Of a stretch of DNA of 64,000 bases, positions 31,372 to 40,727 are shown in pieces. The notes beneath the pieces are model-generated. The model had not been told where the DNA came from. It searched no databases and saw only the letters and a list, made by a program, of their open reading frames with translations. Position 1 is the first letter of the stretch. Each line of letters starts with the position of its first letter. Made by a program: the position numbers and the translations under genes. Source of the stretch: Nitrospinales bacterium (lineage in GTDB: Bacteria > Nitrospinota > Nitrospinia > Nitrospinales > VA-1); contig OZ253496.1 of the NCBI GenBank assembly GCA_965262115.1, positions 1,760,001 to 1,824,000 on the forward strand, read 5' to 3'.

Positions 31372-32757
31372 ATGAAAATATTGGTAACAGGAGCCACGGG
31401 CCTGGTTGGAAGAAACTTGCTTCCTCTGCTTAAAGACAATGGGCATGAGGTCGTTGCCTTGACCCGAAATCCGGACACCGCCGGGGTACGATTGCCCGTT
31501 GCCGGCCAGATAATCCGCTGGGACCCCCTTTCCCATATTGGCCTTCCAGATTTGCCTGAAAATATTGATGCAGTGATCCATTTATGCGGGGAAGGAATCG
31601 CGGATGGACGTTGGACCCGAAAACGCAAACAGGCTATCTATGATTCCAGGATTCTGTCTACCCGCAATTTACTCAACCTGTTCAGCAAATCTAAAATCCC
31701 TCCCAAGGTATGGATTTCGGCATCCGCCATTGGCTACTACAAAAACTCCAGCCATCCCGCCCGGGAGGAAAACTCTCCACCGGACAATGGCTTTCTGGCG
31801 GAACTCTGCAAGGATTGGGAAAGAGAATCTTTTAAAGCCGAAGCGCTGGGAATTCGAACCCTGGCTTTACGCTTTGGAATTGTTCTGGGTCATGACTGGG
31901 GTGTCAGCGCTAAAATGTTGCCACCGTTTCGGATGGGGCTTGGAGGTCCTCTGGGAAAAGGAGATTCGTGGATGAGCTGGATTCATGTCCGCGACATAGC
32001 CGGGCTCATTCTTACAGCCCTGGAAAATCCCGCTTACCGAGGACCAATAAACGCAGTCAGCCCGTATCCGGTCACAAACAGGGAGTTCACCACCATTCTC
32101 GCGAGAATATTAAAACGTCCGGCTTTTTTTACCGTCCCGGCTTTTGCGCTGAAGCTTCTTTTCGGAGAAATGTCACAAGTGTTATTGGCCAGCCAGAATG
32201 TTTCAGCCCAAAAGGCTATAGGTCTCGGCTACAAGTTCGTCTATCCAAAACTAAAAAATGCACTGAAAGTCATTTGCGATCAGGTCGGCCACAAACTTGT
32301 CACCGAGCAATGGGTACCGCAACCTATTGATCGGGTTTTCGAGCGTTATTCCGATCCTAAAAATTTAGAAATCCTCACTCCAGGTTTTCTTCATTTCAAA
32401 ATCGTGAAAGTTTCTCACCCCAAAGTTCAGGAAGGAACCATCATGGACTACCGGTTGAAACTGCACGGCGTTCCCTTTCGCTGGCAGTCTCAAATCACCG
32501 ACTGGGTTCCCGGCAAACGGTTTTCAGACCTGCAAACCCGAGGGCCCTATGCTTTCTGGCATCACACTCATGAATTTTACGAAGACAGGGGCGGCACGGT
32601 TATTCGCGACAATGTGGCTTATAAACTCCCCGGATGGGTTCCGGGGGATGTTCTTGCTCATGCCTATGTTAAAAAAGACTTGGAGAAAATTTTCATGTTT
32701 AGGAGACAACAAACCGAAAAAATATTTGCTCAAGATCTTAAATCCAACCCCGAATAA
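31372..32757 (+). CDS. TIGR01777-family NAD-binding protein fused to an SRPBCC domain
   Basis: TGATGLVG, SASAIGYY, WIHVRD; C-terminal GP..FWHHTHEF SRPBCC domain. Confidence 0.88.
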   Translation: MKILVTGATGLVGRNLLPLLKDNGHEVVALTRNPDTAGVRLPVAGQIIRWDPLSHIGLPDLPENIDAVIHLCGEGIADGRWTRKRKQAIYDSRILSTRNLLNLFSKSKIPPKVWISASAIGYYKNSSHPAREENSPPDNGFLAELCKDWERESFKAEALGIRTLALRFGIVLGHDWGVSAKMLPPFRMGLGGPLGKGDSWMSWIHVRDIAGLILTALENPAYRGPINAVSPYPVTNREFTTILARILKRPAFFTVPAFALKLLFGEMSQVLLASQNVSAQKAIGLGYKFVYPKLKNALKVICDQVGHKLVTEQWVPQPIDRVFERYSDPKNLEILTPGFLHFKIVKVSHPKVQEGTIMDYRLKLHGVPFRWQSQITDWVPGKRFSDLQTRGPYAFWHHTHEFYEDRGGTVIRDNVAYKLPGWVPGDVLAHAYVKKDLEKIFMFRRQQTEKIFAQDLKSNPE

Positions 32758-33775
32758 GTTTCCAGTATGCACTGAGCAGAGGACTCAATATATAGTCCAT
32801 CAACGGGTTCTTCATGCCACTCACTGCCAGAGTCCCCAAATATAACCGAGATATCTCTTTATCACTCACTTTCCGAAAAGATTGTACTTGCCGACGTTTT
32901 CGGGCTATCTGCAAAAATTGCCCAAGAATCTCAAAATAGCTTTTTACCTTGAGTCCCAACCATCCGTGCATCATGGCATGAACAAACTGGGCCAGTTCTA
33001 CAACAACCAAGGCCGGGGAAATTAATATCAGGGTTTTGCACTCCATATTCTTTAAAAGGATATAGAGCCTGTTCTTTTCAGACCGATAAAACTTTTGCAC
33101 ACCTTTATTAAAATTATAGTGGTGATAACAAACCGACTTGGGTGTCACCATCAACTTCCATCCTGCCAGTCTGATTCTCCAGGACAGATCGTGGTCCTCA
33201 TGATAAAGAAACAAGTCCTCATCGAACCCGCCTACCTGCTCATACACTTCACGGCGAAACATGAAAATTCCGCCACACGCGGTTTCGGTCAAAGACAAAT
33301 CATCCCTATCCTGCTGATCTACCAGATTCGGATATGCTATTCCCGTATAATTCACTAAAATCCCAAACGAGTTGATCATCGCTGAATTGTTCAGGGACGA
33401 TTTTTGGGCATCCTGGTGATAAAGAATTTTTGGAACTGCCGCTCCAATTTTGAGGTCAGAGTCCAGCAAATCCACAAGTTGTCCAACGCAATCGGGTTCC
33501 ATTGCCAGATCATTATTTAAAAAAAGAAAATAATCCCCTTGCGCTTTTTCCAGTGCCCGGTTTACGGCTGAACCAAATCCCAGATTCCTGCCATTTTCCA
33601 ATAAACGCACGGACGGATAAAATTCTTTCAACATTGCTTGCGAGCCATCCTCCGAGCCATTATCACTGACCCAGATTTCCAGGGCCTCATAGTTTTGTTT
33701 CAATAGGGATTGAAGGCATTCGGACAGGACGTCCTTGCCATTCCAGTTCACAACAATTGCGGAAACTTTTTTCAT
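32738..33775 (-). CDS. GT2 glycosyltransferase
   Basis: VVNWNG, DNGSED, NLGFG, LNND, FLYHED. Confidence 0.92.
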   Translation of the reverse strand: MKKVSAIVVNWNGKDVLSECLQSLLKQNYEALEIWVSDNGSEDGSQAMLKEFYPSVRLLENGRNLGFGSAVNRALEKAQGDYFLFLNNDLAMEPDCVGQLVDLLDSDLKIGAAVPKILYHQDAQKSSLNNSAMINSFGILVNYTGIAYPNLVDQQDRDDLSLTETACGGIFMFRREVYEQVGGFDEDLFLYHEDHDLSWRIRLAGWKLMVTPKSVCYHHYNFNKGVQKFYRSEKNRLYILLKNMECKTLILISPALVVVELAQFVHAMMHGWLGLKVKSYFEILGQFLQIARKRRQVQSFRKVSDKEISRLYLGTLAVSGMKNPLMDYILSPLLSAYWKLIRGWI

Positions 33776-33966
33776 CAGAACAGTTGGGGGCTTCGCGAGA
33801 CAAAGGAAGAATATTTAACTTCACCGAGGGACAGATGGTTTTGTCAATCCTTGAATCGACCAACCCCAGTACACCTATTATTCCTCTACAAAACCAGACG
33901 ACTCGAAAGAGTGAAGCTATGATATCCTTTTATTTTTACGATACTTTTTTCAGGAATTTGCGGTCC

Positions 33967-35064
33967 ATGCGTTTTGCCATTATATTTCTGGCCTTATTTT
34001 TCCTCCTGCCATCGGCCAGCGCTGAAACCCCTACTCCATTTAAACAGGCGCTTCCCGGATACTCCTACCAGTTCCCACGCGATGATTTCTCGCACGACGA
34101 GTTCCAAATCGAATGGTGGTACTACACTGGCAACCTGCAAGATGAAAAAGGCCATCCGTTTGGCTACCAGCTCACTTTCTTCCGCATCGGACTCGACAAG
34201 TCTACCGATAATCCCTCTGCCTGGAAAATCGACCATCTCTATTTCGCGCATATGACGGTTTCCGATATTCATGATAAGAAATTTCATTTCTTCGAACGCA
34301 TCAACCGGAAAGGACTGAATAACGCCGGTGCCGCGTCCGGCCAACTACATGTGTGGAATGAAGACTGGAGCCTGACCGCAAAAGATGAGCCCCATCACCT
34401 TAAAGCTATCGAAAAAGGAACAGGGCTCAACCTGAAACTGACCCCGATAAAAAATCGGGTCTTGCACGGCAAAGATGGGATCAGCAAAAAAGGCAGTGGA
34501 TCCGGGAATGCCTCGCATTATTTTTCTTTCCCGAGTATGGAAACCATCGGACAGGTTTTCCTGAACGGAGAAGCGATCCCAGTAAAAGGAACCAGTTGGA
34601 TGGACCATGAGTTTTCCAGCAACCAATTGAACGACAACCTTGTCGGCTGGGACTGGTTTTCCATAAAACTCAGCAATCAGACCGAACTCATGCTTTACCA
34701 GTTGCGCGACAAAAACGGCAGCAAAGATTCCCATTCCAGCGGAACTCTGATATCGCCCGATGGGCAGTCACGCCACATCCTCCATCACGAGTTTTCCATC
34801 ACTGCCAAAAAGTTCTGGACCAGTCCCCACACCCAAGCCACCTACCCCGCTAGCTGGACGCTCACCCTGCCCGAAGGGGAGCTCCACGTCACGCCCGATT
34901 TTTCAGATCAGGAACTTTATGACCTGCGCTCCATATCCGGTTCCTATTGGGAGGGAAGTGTCTCTATAAAAGGCAAACTGCAAGGAAAACCGGTATCGGG
35001 AAAAGGCTATGTCGAACTGGTCGGCTACGAAAAAGCTCTTAAACAAGATTTACCCGACCCTTAG
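33967..35064 (+). CDS. Secreted lipocalin-like AttH/CrtC-family protein
   Basis: EWWYYTG, GYQLTFFR, WMDHE, GWDW, YWEG, GYVEL.GY. Confidence 0.88.
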   Translation: MRFAIIFLALFFLLPSASAETPTPFKQALPGYSYQFPRDDFSHDEFQIEWWYYTGNLQDEKGHPFGYQLTFFRIGLDKSTDNPSAWKIDHLYFAHMTVSDIHDKKFHFFERINRKGLNNAGAASGQLHVWNEDWSLTAKDEPHHLKAIEKGTGLNLKLTPIKNRVLHGKDGISKKGSGSGNASHYFSFPSMETIGQVFLNGEAIPVKGTSWMDHEFSSNQLNDNLVGWDWFSIKLSNQTELMLYQLRDKNGSKDSHSSGTLISPDGQSRHILHHEFSITAKKFWTSPHTQATYPASWTLTLPEGELHVTPDFSDQELYDLRSISGSYWEGSVSIKGKLQGKPVSGKGYVELVGYEKALKQDLPDP

Positions 35065-35102
35065 CCCGACTAGCCGCCATAGGTATGTGATATTCTTCTT
35101 CA

Positions 35103-35978
35103 ATGACTTTTGATATTGAAAAAATGAACAAGCTTCCCCCCGAGGCGCGGTTTTTCGATGTGAACGAAATCTGGTATTTCATGAACCGTTGGGTTATTCG
35201 CCTGTTATATCCCACATCGGTGACGCCAAACCAGATCACCTTTCTCTCCCTGGCTTTCGGTCTGGCCTCAGCCGGATTTTATGTTTCAGGAATTCCTGAT
35301 GCTCTGGTGTGGGGAGCAATTTTTCTCTATGGAAAAGTGCTGCTCGATAATGTGGATGGGAACCTTGCCCGAGTGCGGGGCACGACATCGCGGTTCGGCA
35401 GGTTTCTCGACTCGCTCACCGATTTCCTCGTCACGGTTCTGGTTTATATTGCGGTGACCGTGTATCTGGTTCGGACCACGGCAATGCCGGAGTACTGGGT
35501 TCTTGGATTGCTTGGACTGGTGGCTTGCTTTCTGCAAAGCACTTTTTTTGTCTTCTATCTTGTCAATTACACTTCTCGCGTGGGTTCCTACGAAAAAAAC
35601 AGGGTGGATGAAAGCATAACGGAAGAAGACAGGGCCAAGGTAGAAGAAGGCCAGACAGACCCCTGGGACCTTAGACTGCAAACTCTGTTTGTCTGGGTTT
35701 ACGGCTGGCAGGATAAAGCGGTGGAAAAATTAGACACCTTGTTCCGAAGCTTCGCGCGGATTTCTAATAATGATGAAGCCTGGTATTCCGATCGGAAATT
35801 TCTGGCCTGGATCAGCCCTTTGTGTCTATGCACCAACAACGTGATGCTGGTGATTTTTTCCCTGCTGGATCAACTGGAGCTATTCCTGATCCTACTTGTT
35901 TCTTTCATGAACATGTACGCATTGGGACTACTGGCATGGAAAGTCCTTTGCAGGACAGGCAACGAAGCAAAGACTTAA
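35103..35978 (+). CDS. CDP-alcohol phosphatidyltransferase
   Basis: TPNQIT; D..DG..AR...S.FG.FLD...D. Confidence 0.9.
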   Translation: MTFDIEKMNKLPPEARFFDVNEIWYFMNRWVIRLLYPTSVTPNQITFLSLAFGLASAGFYVSGIPDALVWGAIFLYGKVLLDNVDGNLARVRGTTSRFGRFLDSLTDFLVTVLVYIAVTVYLVRTTAMPEYWVLGLLGLVACFLQSTFFVFYLVNYTSRVGSYEKNRVDESITEEDRAKVEEGQTDPWDLRLQTLFVWVYGWQDKAVEKLDTLFRSFARISNNDEAWYSDRKFLAWISPLCLCTNNVMLVIFSLLDQLELFLILLVSFMNMYALGLLAWKVLCRTGNEAKT

Positions 35979-36025
35979 TCGTGCCGCGCTAATCTTTTGC
36001 CAGCCTATTTACGCTATTGCAGTCG

Positions 36026-36064
36026 TACCCCTTTCAGGGCATGAATATTTTGGAGGGGAGTACA
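36026..36064 (-). repeat. ~40-bp micro-element copy (variant end)
   Basis: TACCCCTTTCAGGGCATGAATATTTTGGAGGGGAGTACA. Confidence 0.65.
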
Positions 36065-36084
36065 GCCTCCACGTCCAGTGGTGG

Positions 36085-37794
36085 TTAGCAGAGGCCGCAG
36101 ATGTGGCAGGTCGCGGTGTCGCAGACAGGAGTATGCGCCGCGTTCAATCCCCGCTGATAGTCCTCCCACAGGAAGTTTTCGCGGTAACCGTGATCAATAA
36201 TATCCCAGGGAAGGTAATCGTCCTTTTTATATTGCCGGTAGACATACTGATCGACGGGGTGCTCCTTCAACGCGCTCTTGGCATCGTGACCGTTATTCAG
36301 GTAAGTTTTGAAAAAAGCCTGTGTATTCCGATCTCCCCGCGACAAATAGGTTTGCAGGTAGGCTTCGTTGGGAGAACCAAAACTCATTTTAAGATGCGGC
36401 AATTTGCCCAGAGCCTTTCTCACCCGGGCAAACTTTTTCTTCAAGCTCTTCACAGTCTCCATCGGGTGCCATTGAAAAGGGGTTCCCGGTTTGGGCACTA
36501 ACGGACTCAGGCTGATCGTCACCCGACCAATGCGCCCAAGCTTACGACATTCTTCGACATAACCCTCCTGCACCCGCTCGACCAGTCGAATAAACTGGTC
36601 AATGTCTTCCTCAGTTTCATGAGGCAACCCTATAATGGAATAGATTTTTAAATGCAGGATGCCTTTTCGGGTCAGGAACCGGCATTTCTCGACGATGAAG
36701 TCATCGGTCGCGGCTTTATTGATAACATCGCGCATTCTTTCGGATGGACCATCCACGGCGACTGTCAGAGTTTTCTGTCCGCTTTGCAGGATCAGGTCCA
36801 CCAACTCATCGGTGAGCGTTTCCATCCGCAAGGAAGAAAACGAAAGCTTCTTGCCCTGTTCGGTAATTTTCCGCGCTAACGCCGGAAGGTCCGGATGGTC
36901 GGTCACCGATGGACCGACCAGACCAATCGTCTTCGCCGATTTTCCAAGGCCATTGAGCACAGACTCCATCGAACTATAAGTTTTCTCTAGATTTGGGAGA
37001 CGCGGAGGACGGTATATGAAACCCGCCGTACAGAACCGGCAGGCCCAAATGCATCCCCTTGTGACCTCCATCAACGCCATATCTTTAAAAGTGGAATCTC
37101 CATCGTGCAGAACCGAGTGCGTACAAAGCGACTCTTCCTGTTCCACCCAATGTCGAATAATACGGGAAGGGGCTCCCTCCAACGCCGAAACTCCGACTTG
37201 CAGGCCTGCCTCCATTTTGGGGTGGTAATGTTGCGGCAAATAAATTCCAGGGATGGAAACGGCGCGCTCAAAAAACTGATCCCGGTCCTCATTATCACAG
37301 AGCAATCCGAAAAACTGCTCGGCCATACCCTCTCCCTCACCGATGAACAAGACATCCATGCACTCTGCCAACGGTTCAGGGTTGATGAACACCGCCGATC
37401 CCCCTGCGGTGATCATCGGAAACGATGCGTCCCGCTCATCCCGGTCCAGCGGAATGCCGAAGTATTTCAAGGCCAACACCGCGTTCAGGTAGTCGGGCTC
37501 AAACGAAATCGAAAAGGCGATGACATCGAACTCAAGCGGGTGCATTTTCAAATCCATCGAACGCAACGCCTCGCGCTCCAGGGATTGTGCTTCCGGCTTC
37601 CATCCAAGCGGCATGGCAAAACGGTCGCACGCCACTCCCTCAATCTGGTTCAATAGAGAATAAACCTGCTGGAAACCCAAATTGGCCATCGCCACATCGC
37701 GCGTGTTGGGGTAGACCAAAAGCACTCGCAAGTCGTTGCGGGACAGAGTTGAGTCGAGAGTCGATTCAGATGAACAAGAAACCTGCATAAACAC
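36085..37794 (-). CDS. Radical SAM protein (B12-binding-like N-terminus)
   Basis: RGCIWACRFC; VPKPGTPFQW; C-terminal C..C..CGLC. Confidence 0.9.
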   Translation of the reverse strand: MFMQVSCSSESTLDSTLSRNDLRVLLVYPNTRDVAMANLGFQQVYSLLNQIEGVACDRFAMPLGWKPEAQSLEREALRSMDLKMHPLEFDVIAFSISFEPDYLNAVLALKYFGIPLDRDERDASFPMITAGGSAVFINPEPLAECMDVLFIGEGEGMAEQFFGLLCDNEDRDQFFERAVSIPGIYLPQHYHPKMEAGLQVGVSALEGAPSRIIRHWVEQEESLCTHSVLHDGDSTFKDMALMEVTRGCIWACRFCTAGFIYRPPRLPNLEKTYSSMESVLNGLGKSAKTIGLVGPSVTDHPDLPALARKITEQGKKLSFSSLRMETLTDELVDLILQSGQKTLTVAVDGPSERMRDVINKAATDDFIVEKCRFLTRKGILHLKIYSIIGLPHETEEDIDQFIRLVERVQEGYVEECRKLGRIGRVTISLSPLVPKPGTPFQWHPMETVKSLKKKFARVRKALGKLPHLKMSFGSPNEAYLQTYLSRGDRNTQAFFKTYLNNGHDAKSALKEHPVDQYVYRQYKKDDYLPWDIIDHGYRENFLWEDYQRGLNAAHTPVCDTATCHICGLC

Positions 37795-37923
37795 CAGAAA
37801 AAATTGCCCGGGCCACGCCCAGGGTAAACAAGCAAGGGCTAAAAAAATGCCGGTTGTTAGAGTTCTCTTAAGAGGTTATTATCATACCCTAATTGACGGA
37901 CCTTAGAAAGGAAACCGTAAAAA

Positions 37924-38994
37924 ATGCCAGAACCCGAAACAAGAATGAAGGACTACCTGAAAAAAATTGCCGCCGGTCCCCGTTTGAGCAAAGACCTGAC
38001 GGAAGAGGAAGCCGAAGACGCTCTGGCGCTCATTCTCGACGACAAAGTTTCAAATGTCCGTGCCGGGGTCTTTCTCATTGCCGCACGCATGAAGCTGGAA
38101 ACCGTGCCCGAAAATGTCGGTTATTGGCGAGCCCTGCAAAACCGCGTTTCCCCGGTCACGATAGACCTCGACCGGCTGCTACAAATTGCCGATCCTTTTG
38201 ATGGATTCGAACGCACACCCTATTTCGGGTTTTACGCTATTCCGGCCATAGCCCAACTTGGCCTGCCGGTTTATGGTCATTCGTCCCTGCCGTTACCCCC
38301 AAAATTCGGCATCACCTTTGAGCAGATTTTACAGAACCATTATGGCGCAGACGGGGGAAAACAACGTATAATGCTACTGGAAAAATATCAATTCGGTTAT
38401 CTCAGCACCGCCGATACTTTGCCGCAATTGGAAAGTTTAAGGGCTTTACGGACTGAAATTGTCAAACGCCCGATGCTGGCCACTTTGGAAAAAATTCTGA
38501 TGCCGGTCAAGGCCCGGCAGAATATTCTCGCCACCACCTATTTCCACAAAGGCTATGAAATAGCGCTCACCGAAATCGCAAAGCTCAGCCAGTTCGATAA
38601 AGTGATCATCGGAAATGGAATGGAAGGCACCACCCTGTTTGGCGTTCACAAAGAAGCAAAAATGTTCATTCAGGAAAAGTCCACGCAACAAAAAAACCTG
38701 TCCCTCAAAACCCTGTACACTGAAGAAACGGCACAACGCATCGCCGGGGCCCATGAAGAATTAAAGTCGATCGAATCCAATCTTGAAACCCTGGTGAAGA
38801 TGGGAGAAGAAGCATTGAAAACAGGAAAGGGACCGGCAAGCCTGCAAATCGCCAGTCAGGCGGGAACACTGACTCACCTTTCAGGATTGTTTGCCACCGC
38901 GCAGGAAGGTTTTGACCAGGCCCTGACCGTCCTGGAATCCGGCTCTTGCTATGAATCGCTCATGCAATGGACCACTAGCCGTGGGGGCAGATAG
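37924..38994 (+). CDS. Anthranilate phosphoribosyltransferase-like (YbiB/TrpD2) protein
   Basis: KDLT.EEA..AL, GVFLIA.RMK.ET, GMEG. Confidence 0.7.
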   Translation: MPEPETRMKDYLKKIAAGPRLSKDLTEEEAEDALALILDDKVSNVRAGVFLIAARMKLETVPENVGYWRALQNRVSPVTIDLDRLLQIADPFDGFERTPYFGFYAIPAIAQLGLPVYGHSSLPLPPKFGITFEQILQNHYGADGGKQRIMLLEKYQFGYLSTADTLPQLESLRALRTEIVKRPMLATLEKILMPVKARQNILATTYFHKGYEIALTEIAKLSQFDKVIIGNGMEGTTLFGVHKEAKMFIQEKSTQQKNLSLKTLYTEETAQRIAGAHEELKSIESNLETLVKMGEEALKTGKGPASLQIASQAGTLTHLSGLFATAQEGFDQALTVLESGSCYESLMQWTTSRGGR

Positions 38995-39151
38995 CTATGG
39001 GCCCGTCAAGCCGAGACAACTCTTTGCCCACAAGTCAAAGATGTCGCTCATTGTCCGCAGCGGCTCGCCGCCCACTAGCGTGGGAGGCAAAGAGCTATCA
39101 CTTCTAAGCCGCCAACACAATTGCAACGCCCTATCAAGCCATTGCTCATTG

Positions 39152-39230
39152 TACCCCTGCGGGGCACGTGTGATATTTCTTCATTTGTCTTCATACCCTG
39201 AAAGGGTAAAAGCTAAGGAAAGTTACCACC
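39152..39230. repeat. Two ~40-bp micro-elements, one inverted inside the other
   Basis: TACCCCTGCGGGGCACG|TGTGAT...GGGTA (39169-39208)|AAAGCTAAGGAAAGTTACCACC. Confidence 0.85.
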
Positions 39231-39887
39231 CCCGCGGCGGCTCGCCGCAAGCATGGGTTGCAGTTTTTGCCAAACGAGGTCTGTGACAAGGCGATAACCG
39301 GAACCCGTAGGATGTACCCCATCGGGGCGAGTATGCTCGCGCACCCCCGCGACCCCTTCCAGTAAAAATGGCAAAAAAATCAACCCGTGTTTTTTAGCCA
39401 GTTCGGAGAAGACTGTTTCAAATCTCCGCATATAATCTTCACCATAGTTAGGAAGGGCCTTCATCCCGGCAAGTAGTATCCGGGCGTTATGTTCCCGGCA
39501 GATTCCGATCATGGTTTCCAGATTGCGCCGCATTTCATCGACAGAGAGTCCGCGCAAACCATCATTGGCGCCAAGCGCCAGGATCACAATTTCCGGCTCA
39601 TGCTTCATCAACCAGCGGATGCGCCGCACCCCGCCTGCGGTCGTGTCTCCATTCACCCCGGCATTGACCACTTTATGCGGGAACCCGGCAGAGGCAATCT
39701 TCACTTGCAATCTGGAGGGGTAGCTTTCTTCTTCTTTCACGCCATGCCCTGCCGTCAAACTGTCTCCAAACGCTAAAACCACAGCCTTCTCCTTCGACAA
39801 AACCGGTGCCGGAAACAGCACACAAAGCGCTCCGAGCAACAAAAATAACCGGGTAAAATGTTTAAAATTTAACAAAAGCATGAACAC
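39213..39887 (-). CDS. tesA: Arylesterase / acyl-CoA thioesterase I (SGNH hydrolase)
   Basis: FGDSL, NAGVNGDTT, GANDG, DGVHP. Confidence 0.9.
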   Translation of the reverse strand: MFMLLLNFKHFTRLFLLLGALCVLFPAPVLSKEKAVVLAFGDSLTAGHGVKEEESYPSRLQVKIASAGFPHKVVNAGVNGDTTAGGVRRIRWLMKHEPEIVILALGANDGLRGLSVDEMRRNLETMIGICREHNARILLAGMKALPNYGEDYMRRFETVFSELAKKHGLIFLPFLLEGVAGVREHTRPDGVHPTGSGYRLVTDLVWQKLQPMLAASRRGGGNFP

Positions 39888-40025
39888 CTTTTTATATTAC
39901 AATATACATAAACTTAAGAGACTTCTAATCATGCGACATCAAACGACCTTTATTCCGCATAACGCTGGGCTCAATGAGCACTATCTTTATCTGGTGGGCA
40001 AACGCTCTCTCGGCTTTACGGGCCA

Positions 40026-40727
40026 ATGCTATCTGCCCCCACGGCTAGTGGTATGATTGAAATTACCGGTTTGGTAAAAACCCTGCATGGCGGCGGACAT
40101 GATGTCGAAATTCTAAAATCCATTGATCTCACCATTCCCACTGGTCAGTTTTTAGCCGTCACCGGCGAGTCGGGAAGTGGGAAAACCACCCTGCTCAGCC
40201 TGATCGCCGGACTGGACACCTCCACCAACGGTCAAATTTTGATCGACGGGCAGGATATCACGAAACTCGATGAGGATGAACTCGCGCTCCTGCGCGGAAA
40301 AAGGTTTGGTTTCATCTTCCAGAACTTCCACCTCATCCCTACTTTGACAGCACTGGAAAACGTTGTGCTCTCGGCCGAACTGAACAACACCCCCGGTGCG
40401 ACAAAAAAAGCCAATGACCTTTTGGGCACCGTGGGCCTGAGCGACCGGCTGCATCATTATCCTGCCCAGCTCTCCGGCGGGGAACAGCAACGTCTTTCTT
40501 TGGCCCGGGCTTTTGTCAACGAACCGGATATCATTCTCGCCGATGAACCTACAGGCAATCTCGACTCCAAAAACAGCGACCACATCATCGAACTCATTCT
40601 CGAACTGCATCGAGTGAAACAGGCCACCATCATTCTGGTGACGCACGAACTCCATGTCGCTGAACGCTCTGAACGCATCCTGATCCTGGCGGATGGACAG
40701 ATCATCTCGGATCAAATGAACCCATGA
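40026..40727 (+). CDS. ybbA: ABC transporter ATP-binding protein (YbbA-like)
   Basis: GESGSGKT, LSGGEQQR, ADEPTGNLD; divergent from tesA. Confidence 0.88.
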   Translation: MLSAPTASGMIEITGLVKTLHGGGHDVEILKSIDLTIPTGQFLAVTGESGSGKTTLLSLIAGLDTSTNGQILIDGQDITKLDEDELALLRGKRFGFIFQNFHLIPTLTALENVVLSAELNNTPGATKKANDLLGTVGLSDRLHHYPAQLSGGEQQRLSLARAFVNEPDIILADEPTGNLDSKNSDHIIELILELHRVKQATIILVTHELHVAERSERILILADGQIISDQMNP

